A stretch of 63,450 nt of DNA, the filler included, from a candidate division NPL-UPA2 bacterium Unc8 (GTDB lineage: Bacteria > NPL-UPA2): the NCBI GenBank assembly GCA_003574845.1. It is 4 parts of 4 records of this genome, joined end to end, with 100 filler letters (N's around TTAATTAATTAA, not from the genome) between each part and the next. Parts side by side here need not be neighbours in the genome. Positions count along the whole stretch, not along the records: positions 1 to 20,499 come from NDHY01000014.1; 3 more parts are not named here. The stretch is one strand, 5' to 3'. Within the stretch, counting starts at the first letter, position 1, and each line of letters starts with the position of its first letter. The translations under genes were made by a program, and so were the position numbers. This document shows, piece by piece, positions 1-9,429 of this stretch. The notes beneath the pieces were generated by a model. The model saw nothing but the letters and a program-made list of their open reading frames with translations. It ran no database searches and was not told the origin of the DNA.

Positions 1-53
1 TAATAGGACATTTCTATTTTGTTAGAATAGGACATTATCATTTTGCTACAACA
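1..53. mobile_element. Probable terminal inverted repeat (one end) of an IS1202/ISNCY-like insertion sequence; the body would lie left of the window
   Basis: Reverse complement reads TGTTGTAGCAAAATGATAATGTCCTATT...AAATGTCCTATT: a TGT terminus plus two AATAGGACATT sub-repeats at 2-12 and 26-36. Confidence 0.5.
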
Positions 54-70
54 ATGCGAAATTATTATCA

Positions 71-98
71 TTGACTTATATAAGAATCCATATAAAAT
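71..98 (+). promoter_or_regulatory. Sigma70-type promoter for the HAD phosphatase gene
   Basis: TTGACT-16 bp-TAAAAT; AGGAG RBS upstream of the ATG at 153. Confidence 0.5.
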
Positions 99-152
99 GA
101 ATCATCTTCCAAAAAAGCAATCAATATCTATTTCAAAGAAGGAGAACTTTCA

Positions 153-974
153 ATGAAGCTAATTCTATTCACTGATTTAGACGGCACTTTGCTTAACTCA
201 TATACCTACTCCTATCAAGAATCTTTACAGGCAATAAATTTACTTAAAAGAAAGCAAATCCCAATCATATTTTGTTCTGCCAAGACCCAAGCCGAGCAAG
301 AAGTATACCGAAAAGCATTAGGAATAACCGATCCCTTTATAGTAGAAGAAGGAGGGGGCATCCTGATTCCGCAGGATTATTTTCCATTCGCCTTTGATTA
401 CTGCCAACGGACCAGGGATTACGACATAATCAAGTTAGGCTCCTCTTATGAGCAAGTTATCTCAGTGCTCAAGAAGGTAAAAGAAAAATCAGATTGCCGG
501 ATTAGGAGATTTGGCAATCTCACCATAAAAGAAATAGCTCAGGATAGCGGACTAAGCCCGAAGATGGCAGCTTTAGCCAGGCAGCGCAAATATACCGAGA
601 CCTTTAAGATTGAAGGAACAAAAAAAGAGGTGAAGAAGTTTCTGCTAAGAATAGAAGAAGAGGGTCTCAGCTGGTGTCGCGGAGAAAGGTATTATCGGAT
701 TAAAGGAAAAACCAATAAGGGGAAAGCAACAAGAATTCTTATTGAACTATTCAAAAAAGCATTCGGCAAAATAAAAAGCGTTGCCATAGGCAACGGCCCA
801 AATGACAGGTCGTTACTGGAAGCAGTAGAACTACCCCTGATAGTACAGAGACAGGATAGTAAATGGGAGGAAATGGAAATACATGGATTGCATCACATTG
901 AAGGAATTGGCCCAACTGGCTGGTCCTATGCAGCAAGAAAATTCGTCGCTTACGCTCCTTATTTCCTTCCCTAA
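153..974 (+). CDS. mpgP: HAD-IIB family mannosyl-3-phosphoglycerate phosphatase-like protein
   Basis: FTDLDGTLL motif I, CSAKT motif II, NKGKA and IGNGPND motifs III/IV typical of MpgP/YedP. Confidence 0.85.
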   Translation: MKLILFTDLDGTLLNSYTYSYQESLQAINLLKRKQIPIIFCSAKTQAEQEVYRKALGITDPFIVEEGGGILIPQDYFPFAFDYCQRTRDYDIIKLGSSYEQVISVLKKVKEKSDCRIRRFGNLTIKEIAQDSGLSPKMAALARQRKYTETFKIEGTKKEVKKFLLRIEEEGLSWCRGERYYRIKGKTNKGKATRILIELFKKAFGKIKSVAIGNGPNDRSLLEAVELPLIVQRQDSKWEEMEIHGLHHIEGIGPTGWSYAARKFVAYAPYFLP

Positions 975-994
975 GGGGCTCCGCCCCTCTCCAC

Positions 995-1831
995 TTACCC
1001 AAATCTTCCTGTGATATAGTCCTCAGTAACTTTTTCAGAGGGAGTTGTAAACATCTTATTGGTTTTGTTAAATTCAATTAGTTCTCCAAGCATTAGAAAA
1101 GCCGTATAATCTGATACCCGCGCTGCCTGCTGCATATTGTGGGTTACAATAACAATTGTATATTTATCTTTCAAGTTTTGAATTAATTCTTCAACCTTCG
1201 CAGTGGAAGTCGGGTCCAGAGCTGAACAGGGTTCATCAAACAGTATTACCTCCGGCTCAATAACTAATGCCCTGGCAATGCAAAGTCGCTGTTGTTGCCC
1301 TCCGGACAACTTAAAAGCTGATGCATTTAATCTGTCCTTGACCTCATCCCAGAGAACAGCATCTACTAATGCCCTCCTTACTCTTTCTCCGAGGTCACTA
1401 CTTTTTTTTATAAGACCACTAATCCTGAGTCCATAGGCAACGTTCTCAAAGATAGACTTGGGAAAGGGGTTGGACTTTTGGAATACCATCCCTACCCTTC
1501 TTCTAATTTCTACCGCACCTACATTACCGTCATAGATATTTTGGCTGTCTATCATTACTTTTCCCTCAACCCTTACCCCGGGAATAATATCATTCATCCG
1601 ATTAAGTATCCTGATGAAAGTAGACTTGCCACAGCCTGAGGGTCCAATGATAGCAGTAACTTTGTTTGCCTGAATGTCCAGGCTCACATCTTTAAGAGCC
1701 TGGATTTTCCCATAATAAAAACTCAAGTTACGCACCACTATTTTAAATTCTTTATCCGCACGCGACATTCGCTCCCCTCCAGTAGAAGCAGATATATCCG
1801 TTTCATTTAGAAGTGGAGTTTTAGTAAGCAT
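995..1831 (-). CDS. pstB: Phosphate ABC transporter ATP-binding protein (alternative start at 1768 with GGAGG RBS)
   Basis: [37 protein letters not shown]-terminal [10 protein letters not shown]. Confidence 0.97.
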   Translation of the reverse strand: MLTKTPLLNETDISASTGGERMSRADKEFKIVVRNLSFYYGKIQALKDVSLDIQANKVTAIIGPSGCGKSTFIRILNRMNDIIPGVRVEGKVMIDSQNIYDGNVGAVEIRRRVGMVFQKSNPFPKSIFENVAYGLRISGLIKKSSDLGERVRRALVDAVLWDEVKDRLNASAFKLSGGQQQRLCIARALVIEPEVILFDEPCSALDPTSTAKVEELIQNLKDKYTIVIVTHNMQQAARVSDYTAFLMLGELIEFNKTNKMFTTPSEKVTEDYITGRFG

Positions 1832-1901
1832 TTTTCCTTCTGCGACTTTTTTTAATACTACACTTTGATGGAAATCAAGTCAAGCTTCTTTTCCCCATCT
1901 T

Positions 1902-2744
1902 TTATCTTAACGCTCTGGTATAGCGTCTCATAATTGTATGTACCGATAAATTAACAATAAGCACCATTAATACCAAGAGCGTTGCCGTACCAAAAGCTCT
2001 GGCGATGGCGCCAGGGTGAACTTCAGCGATAGCCAGGAGATACAGATGCAATGACATTGGCCTGACTGAACTAAAGAGTGAGGTAGGAAGCGCCATAAAT
2101 GACCCAACCGTCAACATAATGGCAGCGGTCTCGCCTGCTGCTCTCCCAATCCCAAGTATTATTCCTGTTAGTATACCTGGAGCGGCGCTTTTGAGCACCA
2201 CCCTGCTCACAGTTTGCCATTTCGTAGCGCCCAATGCATAACTGGCTTCTCTATATGACGCTGGCACTGCCTTTATAGACTCCTGAGTAGTTCTGATGGT
2301 CTCATTCAGGATCATACAAGCTAAAACCATTCCTCCTGATAGGATAGAGAAGCCCCATCCTAAAAACACCACAAAGAAAGCAAAGCCAAATAAGCCAAAT
2401 ATTATGGATGGAACTCCAGCCAACCATTCAGCTCCAAAAGTAATTATTTTTGATAGCGGATGCTCACCGGCATATTCAGTTAAATAAATCCCACCTCCAA
2501 TTCCTATGGGGGAGGCAACTGTTGTCGAGATTGCAATGAGACACAAAGTCCCAATTATCATCGACAATATCCCTCCTTCACGACCCCCTGCCCTTGGCAT
2601 GCTGAAAATAAATTCCAGATTAATTATTCCAATACTGCGCATCACCACAAAGCCAATAATAGCTAAAAGAATAGCCAATATTGTTAAACTGGAAATCCAT
2701 AGTACCAATTTGGCAATTTTTTCATTAATGTGTGCTGAAATCAC
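1902..2744 (-). CDS. pstA: Phosphate ABC transporter permease PstA
   Basis: LAGVPSIIFGLFG, EASYALGATKWQT, GRAAGETA; position in operon. Confidence 0.95.
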   Translation of the reverse strand: MISAHINEKIAKLVLWISSLTILAILLAIIGFVVMRSIGIINLEFIFSMPRAGGREGGILSMIIGTLCLIAISTTVASPIGIGGGIYLTEYAGEHPLSKIITFGAEWLAGVPSIIFGLFGFAFFVVFLGWGFSILSGGMVLACMILNETIRTTQESIKAVPASYREASYALGATKWQTVSRVVLKSAAPGILTGIILGIGRAAGETAAIMLTVGSFMALPTSLFSSVRPMSLHLYLLAIAEVHPGAIARAFGTATLLVLMVLIVNLSVHTIMRRYTRALR

Positions 2745-2746
2745 AG

Positions 2747-3589
2747 TTACTGCCCTCGCCTTAACCTATTTGAGATGACAACTAATATTGACACTACTAT
2801 AAACAAGACAACCCCGGTAGCAAAAAGAGCCTGACGATGCGGACCATGTGGAGCATAAGCCATCTCCATGGCAACATTGGCGGTAAGTGTACGGATAGGC
2901 CCTAATACGGAAGTTGGGATAACAGGAAGATTCCCAAGCACCATAATGGCGGCCATAGTCTCTCCTATAGCGCGCCCCGACCCCAATACCACTCCTGCCA
3001 GAATTCCCGAACGGGCAGCAGGTAGAATTATATTTTTGATGGTTTGCCAATGAGTAGCACCTACTGCAAATGAAGCCTCTTTATAACTTTTTGGTACTGC
3101 TTTAATTGCATCTTCAGATATAGTAATAATTGTAGGTAAGGCCATTATTGCCAGAACAATCGAGCCGGCTAATATACTAAATCCAGGTGGGCCTAAGTGA
3201 GTTCTTATAAAAGGCACAAGCACCATAAGCCCAACAAAACCATATACCACTGAAGGAATTCCCGCCAATAATTCAATGGCTGGCCTGAGTATATTTCTCA
3301 TTATTTCAGGAGCGACTTCAGCTAAAAATATTGCCGTCAATATTCCCAGGGGGACGCTGATCAACATTGAGAAAAGAGCCACTAAAAGAGTGCCAATTAT
3401 CATCGGGAAAATCCCAAATATTTCGCGTTCGGGGCGCCAATCCATGCCAAAGAGGAAATTGCCGACCCCTACCTCTGCAATTAAAGGCACCCCAGCCCTG
3501 AAGACAATCATTATGATAAAAGCAATGATGACAAACGAAACCATTGCCGCCACAATCAATGACTTCTCAATAATCCATTCTTTAAGCAT
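2747..3589 (-). CDS. pstC: Phosphate ABC transporter permease PstC
   Basis: ELLAGIPSVVYG, GRAIGETMA, ALFATGVVLF. Confidence 0.95.
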   Translation of the reverse strand: MLKEWIIEKSLIVAAMVSFVIIAFIIMIVFRAGVPLIAEVGVGNFLFGMDWRPEREIFGIFPMIIGTLLVALFSMLISVPLGILTAIFLAEVAPEIMRNILRPAIELLAGIPSVVYGFVGLMVLVPFIRTHLGPPGFSILAGSIVLAIMALPTIITISEDAIKAVPKSYKEASFAVGATHWQTIKNIILPAARSGILAGVVLGSGRAIGETMAAIMVLGNLPVIPTSVLGPIRTLTANVAMEMAYAPHGPHRQALFATGVVLFIVVSILVVISNRLRRGQ

Positions 3590-3609
3590 AAAATTTACTA
3601 CTCAGTGTA

Positions 3610-3724
3610 TTCAGGCTGTAAGCTATGTAGGCTGAAGGGGTCAGGGGTCAGAATTTCCCGATCCCCGATCCCTGATCCCCGTGAACAGTCTTTGTGCCTA
3701 ACAGAGCCTACAGCCTAACAGCCT
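3610..3724. repeat. Intergenic short-period repeat mosaic (GGGGTCA, GATCCCC, CAGCCTAA units)
   Basis: ggggtcaggggtcag, ccgatccccgatccctgatcccc, cctaacagagcctacagcctaacagcct. Confidence 0.75.
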
Positions 3725-4594
3725 TTAATCAACTCTTACCAGTCCTTCATCCGCTACCATTTGCTGTCCTTCCGAGCCAAGCACAAAGTCAATGAACCCC
3801 TGCTCTAATGGTGAAAGCTCACCCATGGTCAAAAATAGGAACGGCCTGGCAATTGCCCAGTCTCCCGCCACCACAGCTGCAGCATCAGGCTTAACTCCGT
3901 CTATTTCGAGAGCTCGCACCGTCGGGTCTACGGCAGGAGAAGCGACATAACTGATAGACGATGGATCACCAGCCACACCGGCTCTGACGCCACCGGTTCC
4001 CACCAGGATAAGTGTTGGCACAGGATCTATTCCCTCATGGACAATCTCTTCAAAGGCATCTCTTGTTCCTGAACCTGCTTCCCTGATTATTACCGTGATT
4101 GGTAAATTTTCGCCACCAACTTTGTTCCAATTTGTAATTTCACCAGTAAATATTTTCTTGAGCTGTTTCATAGTCAAGCCTCTTACTGGATTATTCGGAT
4201 GAACTATTGGAGCTATAGCGTCATGGCAAATTACAAACTCTCTCAAGCCCCATCCAGGCTCATCCCTTCTTAACCAGCGAGAAGCCATTCCTATGTGAAA
4301 GGTCCCTTCCCTGGCACCTACGATTCCAGCGGTTGAGCCTACTGAGTGGGTTTCTACCACTACACCAGGATGCTTATCCATAAATCGCTCTGCCAGGTGA
4401 ACAGCCACTACATATACCGATGAGGAACCCCCAACGACTATTCTTCCTGCTGGTAGTGGTGGCAGTGGCACCTGCGGCGTCACTGCTGGTAGTGGTGGCG
4501 GTGGCACCTGCGGCGCCACTGCCCGAATAATCACGCCAATGCCAATAGCTACCAATACCACTATACCTATTGGTATCCACATTCCCTTTTTCAT
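3725..4594 (-). CDS. pstS: Phosphate ABC transporter substrate-binding protein with an N-terminal membrane anchor and Pro-rich linker
   Basis: GGSSSV, GSTAGI, IGMASR, REAGSGTRDAF; 36-bp tandem duplication at 4447-4518 encodes the Pro-rich linker. Confidence 0.93.
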   Translation of the reverse strand: MKKGMWIPIGIVVLVAIGIGVIIRAVAPQVPPPPLPAVTPQVPLPPLPAGRIVVGGSSSVYVVAVHLAERFMDKHPGVVVETHSVGSTAGIVGAREGTFHIGMASRWLRRDEPGWGLREFVICHDAIAPIVHPNNPVRGLTMKQLKKIFTGEITNWNKVGGENLPITVIIREAGSGTRDAFEEIVHEGIDPVPTLILVGTGGVRAGVAGDPSSISYVASPAVDPTVRALEIDGVKPDAAAVVAGDWAIARPFLFLTMGELSPLEQGFIDFVLGSEGQQMVADEGLVRVD

Positions 4595-4749
4595 TCTTTA
4601 TCCTCCTATTGCTACTCTCTTACTCTTTAGAAAAACACCCCGCTTCCACCAAAAATCCTTAAATCATACCATCCTTTCTCACCTCCTTCTTTCGTACACC
4701 TGCTTTTTTAATCATACCGTCTAAAAAGAGATAATCTGAAGATGTTTTT

Positions 4750-5187
4750 TTATAACAGAGCTCCTATAAGTGCCTCTGCTGTGGCATGATTTGTTGCAAG
4801 TGGTATATCGTGAACATCGCATACCCTTAAAAGGGCAGAGATATCAGGGTCATGAGGCTGGGCAGTCAGAGGGTCCCTTAAAAAAATCACAATGTCTATC
4901 TCGCCACTCGCAATAAGTCCAGCAATCTGTAGGTCGCCACCATCAGGACCGCTGAGCATCTGTTTCACCTCAAGCCCCGTCTTTAACTCAATTGTTTTTC
5001 CCGTTGTCCCTGTCGCAATAAGCTCGCATTGAGCAAGTTTGTCTTTATGTTTATTAGCAAACATTACCATATCTACTTTCTTTGCATCATGGGCAATAAG
5101 GGCTATCCCTTTTACCTTTAGTTTCTTCTTAGTTCTCTTTACAACCCCAATCCTATGCCCCTTATTCACTATTCCTTCTGGTATCAT
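4750..5187 (-). CDS. mgsA: Methylglyoxal synthase
   Basis: [58 protein letters not shown]. Confidence 0.95.
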   Translation of the reverse strand: MIPEGIVNKGHRIGVVKRTKKKLKVKGIALIAHDAKKVDMVMFANKHKDKLAQCELIATGTTGKTIELKTGLEVKQMLSGPDGGDLQIAGLIASGEIDIVIFLRDPLTAQPHDPDISALLRVCDVHDIPLATNHATAEALIGALL

Positions 5188-5224
5188 GGTTTATTTCCTC
5201 CTTTTACTAATCACTGCATTTTGC

Positions 5225-5337
5225 ATACTGAAATAAATTCAGCACAAGCTTTGCATTGTAATTTTGACTTTTGAGTTTGTTTCGAGTTTCGAGTTTCGAG
5301 TTTAAGCTTCTCTGTGCCTTTGTGCCTCTTTTTCACT
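5225..5337. repeat. Repeat mosaic: CTGAAATAAATTCAG palindrome, TTTCGAG array block and CTTTGTGC units
   Basis: Block near-identical to 28583-28665 and 46040-46120, and inverted to 43350-43423 and 47272-47327. Confidence 0.85.
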
Positions 5338-5341
5338 TTGT

Positions 5342-5398
5342 AGTATACTTTGTAAGTATTACAGCATTATTACAGCAATATTAAGATTTTGATTAAAA
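5342..5398 (-). promoter_or_regulatory. Pho box array plus -10 element driving mgsA-pstSCAB
   Basis: Minus strand TTTTAAT / TCTTAAT / CTGTAAT-N4-CTGTAAT at 11-12 bp period, ending 10 bp upstream of TATACT (5342-5347); matches PhoB box geometry. Confidence 0.8.
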
Positions 5399-5432
5399 TT
5401 TTTTTTCCTCTTTTCACTTAAACCCTAAGATT

Positions 5433-5450
5433 ATTACGGAAATATTACAG
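5433..5450 (-). promoter_or_regulatory. Second Pho-box-like pair overlapping the phoR stop codon
   Basis: Minus strand CTGTAAT-ATTT-CCGTAAT. Confidence 0.55.
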
Positions 5451-6809
5451 GAAGGTTGAAAAGAGTTGATTTTTAGGGAGAGTGAAGAAGAACTTTGAAC
5501 CTTTATCAATCTTGCTCTCAACACCCACTGTCCCACCGTGTGCCTGAATGATGTGTTTTACAATTGAAAGGCCTAATCCCGTACCGCCTAATTCTCTTGA
5601 GCGGGCTTTGTCCACGCGGTAGAAGCGTTCAAAAAGTCGCGGTAGATGTTTTTGGGGAATACCAATGCCTGTATCAGATATCTCAATCTGTATATCTTTT
5701 TCTTTATCCACTGTTCTGATACATATCCTCCCGTTTTTGGGAGTAAACTTGATTGCGTTATCAAGAAGATTATTAAATGCCCGTTCTATCTTTTCTGAGT
5801 CTATCTCTACTTGAGGAAAGTCAGCAAGGAAATCTATCTCTATTCTATGCCCTTTTTGCTCTATAGCTCCTTTAAAATGAGAGATTACGTCCTCTATTAG
5901 CTCTCTAATATTTGCCAGTTGAAACTCCATCTTAATCTCTTTGGACTCTATTTTGGAGAGTCCAAGTAAATCATTTATTAAATTATTAAGCCTTTCGGTA
6001 TGGGTCTCAATAATATTAAGGAACTTACGGCTATTCTTAGGGTCATCGATAGCGCCATCCTTTAAGGTCTCAATAAATCCTCTGATTGAGGTAAGAGGGG
6101 TACGCAGTTCATGGGATACATTAGCCACAAATTCAATTCGCATTCTCTCAAGTCTCTTAATTTCGGTGATATCATGTAACACTGCTACTACACCTGATAT
6201 ACCTTCTTCGCCCTTAATGGGTAAAGCATGAACTCTAAACATCTTCTCCTCAGAAAGGAAAAGAGTTAGCTCTTTGGTCTGGAGCTTTCCTTTATTCACC
6301 GCCTCTTTTAAGAGATTATTCAATTCATTGTGTCTGATTACCTCCCAGAAGAATTTTCCTATTACTTGAGCTTTACTGAGATTGAAGAGCTTCTCACAGG
6401 CAGAGTTAAAGAGTATCAGCTTCTCATCTCTATCAATGGCTACTACTCCTTCAATCATACTGCTAAGTATTGCTCGCATTTCATTTCTATCCTCTGTAAT
6501 AGTCTGGAGCTTCGTCTTTAGTTCCTCTGCCATCTGGTTGAAGGTGCCAGCTAGCTCATCTATCTCATCATTAGAACGAATCTTTATTCTCTTCGTAAAA
6601 TCTCCATTACCTATATGTTTAGCTAAGCTTTTTATATCTTCCAGTGGCTTGGTGATCATTCGGGCTGCCATAAAACTTACGGCTGAGGCAAAAAATAAAG
6701 TTAGCAATACTGCCCGGAAGTTTAAACTAAATATGCTTACAACCACCATACAGATAATTACAATCCCTACATGGGTCAAAAATAATTTCCAGGTAATCTT
6801 AATCTTCAT
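5445..6809 (-). CDS. phoR: Phosphate regulon sensor histidine kinase (HAMP-PAS-HisKA-HATPase)
   Basis: FVANVSHELRTPLTSI, NLLDNAIKF, RFYRVDKARSRELGGTGLGLSIVKH; adjacent to pst. Confidence 0.92.
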   Translation of the reverse strand: MKIKITWKLFLTHVGIVIICMVVVSIFSLNFRAVLLTLFFASAVSFMAARMITKPLEDIKSLAKHIGNGDFTKRIKIRSNDEIDELAGTFNQMAEELKTKLQTITEDRNEMRAILSSMIEGVVAIDRDEKLILFNSACEKLFNLSKAQVIGKFFWEVIRHNELNNLLKEAVNKGKLQTKELTLFLSEEKMFRVHALPIKGEEGISGVVAVLHDITEIKRLERMRIEFVANVSHELRTPLTSIRGFIETLKDGAIDDPKNSRKFLNIIETHTERLNNLINDLLGLSKIESKEIKMEFQLANIRELIEDVISHFKGAIEQKGHRIEIDFLADFPQVEIDSEKIERAFNNLLDNAIKFTPKNGRICIRTVDKEKDIQIEISDTGIGIPQKHLPRLFERFYRVDKARSRELGGTGLGLSIVKHIIQAHGGTVGVESKIDKGSKFFFTLPKNQLFSTFL

Positions 6810-7491
6810 TACTTTCAAATTTATATCCTACCCCTCTAATAGTAACTATTAATTTAGAAGCTGTCTTTAGTTTTTTACGTAGCCTTCTTATGTGAACATC
6901 TACTGCTCTATCTATTATAAAAGTTTCTTCTCCCCAGGCACTATCCAGAAGTTGGTCGCGAGTGAAGACTCGCCCTGGATTTGAGGCCAAACACTTAAAA
7001 AGATTAAATTCAATTTTGGTAAGTTCAATTGGTTTTCCTTTTGATGTTACTTTATGTCTTGGCGTGTCTATGGTTAAATCTTCTATTTGAATTACTTCCT
7101 TTGGTTTTAGTTTCTCTTCAAGTCTTCTTAAGACAGTTTTAACTCTTGCAATTAATACTTTGGGGCTGAAAGGCTTAGTAATATAATCATCTGCTCCCAG
7201 CTCCAACCCTACTATTATGTCAGACTCCTCTCCCTTAGCAGTCAGTATAATTATGGGAAGTGAGGCTGTCTTTGTATCCTTTTTTAATATTTTACATACC
7301 TCAAGCCCATCCAGGCCTGGCAACATTAAATCTAATATTATCAAGTCAGGGCTTTCTTTTTTGACCAGCTCTAAAGTCTCTTCCCCTGTCATAGCTTTAA
7401 GAACTTCATATCCTTCCTTCTCTAAATTATATTCGAGGAGTTCAAGGATATCCTTTTCATCATCCACCACTAAAATTTTCTTTTTCGCCAT
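6799..7491 (-). CDS. phoB: OmpR-family response regulator PhoB/PhoP
   Basis: Receiver LVVDDE...LDLMLP...KPF and winged helix DRAVDVHIRRLRKK...TIRGVGYK; overlaps phoR. Confidence 0.9.
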   Translation of the reverse strand: MAKKKILVVDDEKDILELLEYNLEKEGYEVLKAMTGEETLELVKKESPDLIILDLMLPGLDGLEVCKILKKDTKTASLPIIILTAKGEESDIIVGLELGADDYITKPFSPKVLIARVKTVLRRLEEKLKPKEVIQIEDLTIDTPRHKVTSKGKPIELTKIEFNLFKCLASNPGRVFTRDQLLDSAWGEETFIIDRAVDVHIRRLRKKLKTASKLIVTIRGVGYKFESNED

Positions 7492-7528
7492 ATCGCTTTC
7501 TCTTTGAAATACCTAATATATCTAAACT

Positions 7529-7690
7529 TCCCCTTGTGCTTCTGTGCCTCTCTAATAGCTTTCAGCTTTCAGCCTTTAGCCTTAAGGATTCAAGGGGTCA
7601 AGAGGTCAAGGGTTCAAGTGAATCTAAAAAGAAAACAAACACTCGAACCCTCGAATCCTTGAACCCTATTTTCTAATAGTCTTCAGCCTA
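7529..7690. repeat. Repeat mosaic: TGTGCC units, AGCTTTC heptamers and an inverted pair of 8-mer arrays (TTCAAGGG...CTTGAACC)
   Basis: ggattcaaggggtcaagaggtcaagggttcaagtg ... cactcgaaccctcgaatccttgaaccct. Confidence 0.75.
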
Positions 7691-7699
7691 TCCGCCTTA

Positions 7700-7972
7700 G
7701 GGGTCGTATCAGAATAATGTTAACCATTTGCCAGAGGTGATTTTGGAGCGAGACAAGGAACGAAGAGTGAAGCGTAGCCAAAGCGCTACGGAAGCGATGA
7801 GCGACGCAGTCGCAGCCCAAAAGCGACCTGGCCCTTCGGGGAGTCCCGTCTTTGGGCCATTGCGGCGTTGCTCCTCGGTTATGTGCCGCAGAGGGCACAC
7901 TACCCTTGTAGCTCCTTGCACTGACCTCAAATCCGGGACTCCAAATAGTCAAGATTATTCTGATACGACCCC
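7700..7972. mobile_element. 273-bp MITE with TTA target-site duplication (IS5/PIF-Harbinger-like signature)
   Basis: Perfect 19-bp TIR GGGGTCGTATCAGAATAAT, extending to 31 bp with 3 mismatches; TTA at 7697-7699 and 7973-7975; no credible transposase inside. Confidence 0.85.
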
Positions 7973-7975
7973 TTA

Positions 7976-8713
7976 CTACAATAAACTATTATCCCATTTT
8001 TCTACATAGGAGGGGCTTTTACCTTTTAGAATTTCCACCAGGGAAAGGAGGGTTTTGCGTGCCTCCCCCAGGGGGTAATAGAAACCGCTCCAATTCTCGC
8101 TATCTTCGCCGTCGTGGTTGGGGATAACATTTTTAAATTGGCAAGCCTCTTTTAGTTCTCCATAGGCGCTGCGAGCCCTTTTTTCAATGTTCTCCAGATC
8201 GGCAAGGGATAGGATGCCTTTCTGCTTTTCCGTTCTCCTTAAAAGCTTTCTTTTCATTACCTCGGTTACCAACTCGGGAAGCAGGAGTTTGTCTCCGAGA
8301 CTTTGGAAAAAGATAATCTCCTCCCGGGAAAGAGGAGAGATAAAGACGCTTATTTTTTTGATGTTTTTGAGGGATGGATGAAGCAGCAGGGTTTTGCCGA
8401 TAAAAGGATTACCTTCAAAGAGCATATCCGCTTTCTTTAAACTGTTTTTTAGCTCCTCAATATCTACTGCCTGGAGGTCTCCCCGCACATCCAGGACCAG
8501 GAATTTTTTTTTCTTTTGTAATCCTTTAATGAATAAACGAGAACGAAAGTAGTAGTCCTTGCCTTCTGTTTCCCGGGGACGGGGCGAACGGCTGTTATAG
8601 AGAATAAGTTTATTCATTCTGTCGGCTATCTCGGGATAGAATTTCTCCAGGGCCTGATGCAGGGGGCTTTTCCCTGCGCCGGAAGGGCCGCTAATGACTA
8701 TTAGTTTTCCCAT
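7976..8713 (-). CDS. Guanylate kinase-like P-loop kinase (divergent)
   Basis: LIVISGPSGAGKS, SRSPRPRETEGKDYYF; atypical C-terminus. Confidence 0.75.
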   Translation of the reverse strand: MGKLIVISGPSGAGKSPLHQALEKFYPEIADRMNKLILYNSRSPRPRETEGKDYYFRSRLFIKGLQKKKKFLVLDVRGDLQAVDIEELKNSLKKADMLFEGNPFIGKTLLLHPSLKNIKKISVFISPLSREEIIFFQSLGDKLLLPELVTEVMKRKLLRRTEKQKGILSLADLENIEKRARSAYGELKEACQFKNVIPNHDGEDSENWSGFYYPLGEARKTLLSLVEILKGKSPSYVEKWDNSLL

Positions 8714-9282
8714 ATCGCCTCCACGGAACAGTCAAATATCTCTTCAAGGAGGCCCTTTTTCTTATTGAAACCGTAAAGGTTGGTCTCGGATATTTCTCCT
8801 CCCTTAAGGATGAATCGCCAGGCTCCGCCTTTCTTCTTTATCTTTATATCTTTAATACTACTTGCATGATCGCGATCAAGACCGTCAGCGACCCTTATAA
8901 TTGCCGAAAGTTTGTTAACCATATCTTTCTCTTTATTTTTAAGGTTACCGAAGCCTTTATGTTTCCGGCCGGGATGAGCTTTGCGATGATAACGGGCAAT
9001 GAGGGCAATTAATGTTTTCTCGTGTTCATCAAGATAATGGAAACTAATCTCATTAATCATCTTTTGGGAAACTTTATGGTGTTTTGTCGGCGATGCCGTC
9101 AGGCCTAAATCGTGCAGAAGACAGGCCCCTCCCAGGAGAAAACGGGCATAATTATCCAATTGATGACATTCTTGTAACTGGTCAAATATAGAAAAGGATA
9201 GCTTCTTTACCTGAAGGCTGTGGGGGATATCAGGGGATAGCTCGTTCATCTTTTTCTCAAGCTCTTTATTTTTCTTTTCCAT
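8701..9282 (-). CDS. Stand-alone Ppx/GppA-type C-terminal HD domain protein
   Basis: HSLQV...LLHDLG...HHKVS...IARYHRK...IIRVADGLDRDH; no N-terminal ASKHA domain. Confidence 0.8.
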   Translation of the reverse strand: MEKKNKELEKKMNELSPDIPHSLQVKKLSFSIFDQLQECHQLDNYARFLLGGACLLHDLGLTASPTKHHKVSQKMINEISFHYLDEHEKTLIALIARYHRKAHPGRKHKGFGNLKNKEKDMVNKLSAIIRVADGLDRDHASSIKDIKIKKKGGAWRFILKGGEISETNLYGFNKKKGLLEEIFDCSVEAIWEN

Positions 9283-9299
9283 TCTTTATCTTCCTCCTA

Positions 9300-9425
9300 T
9301 AAATTCCTAAATTCAAATGTCAAATTTCAAATAAAATCCCAATGACAAAACCCAAATTATTTGTCATTAAGGAATTTGTCATTTATTTGTCATTTGAGAT
9401 TTGTCATTTGTCATTGAAATTTCTA
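9300..9425. repeat. Imperfect inverted arrangement of heptamer-based repeats (CAAAT/AATGACAAA versus TTTGTCA)
   Basis: aaattcaaatgtcaaatttcaaa...caatgacaaaa versus tttgtcatt x5. Confidence 0.75.
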
Positions 9426-9429
9426 GACC

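Noticed and set aside
7683-8009. Three short ORFs in different frames
   Set aside because: They lie within the MITE and show no protein motif or transposase signature.
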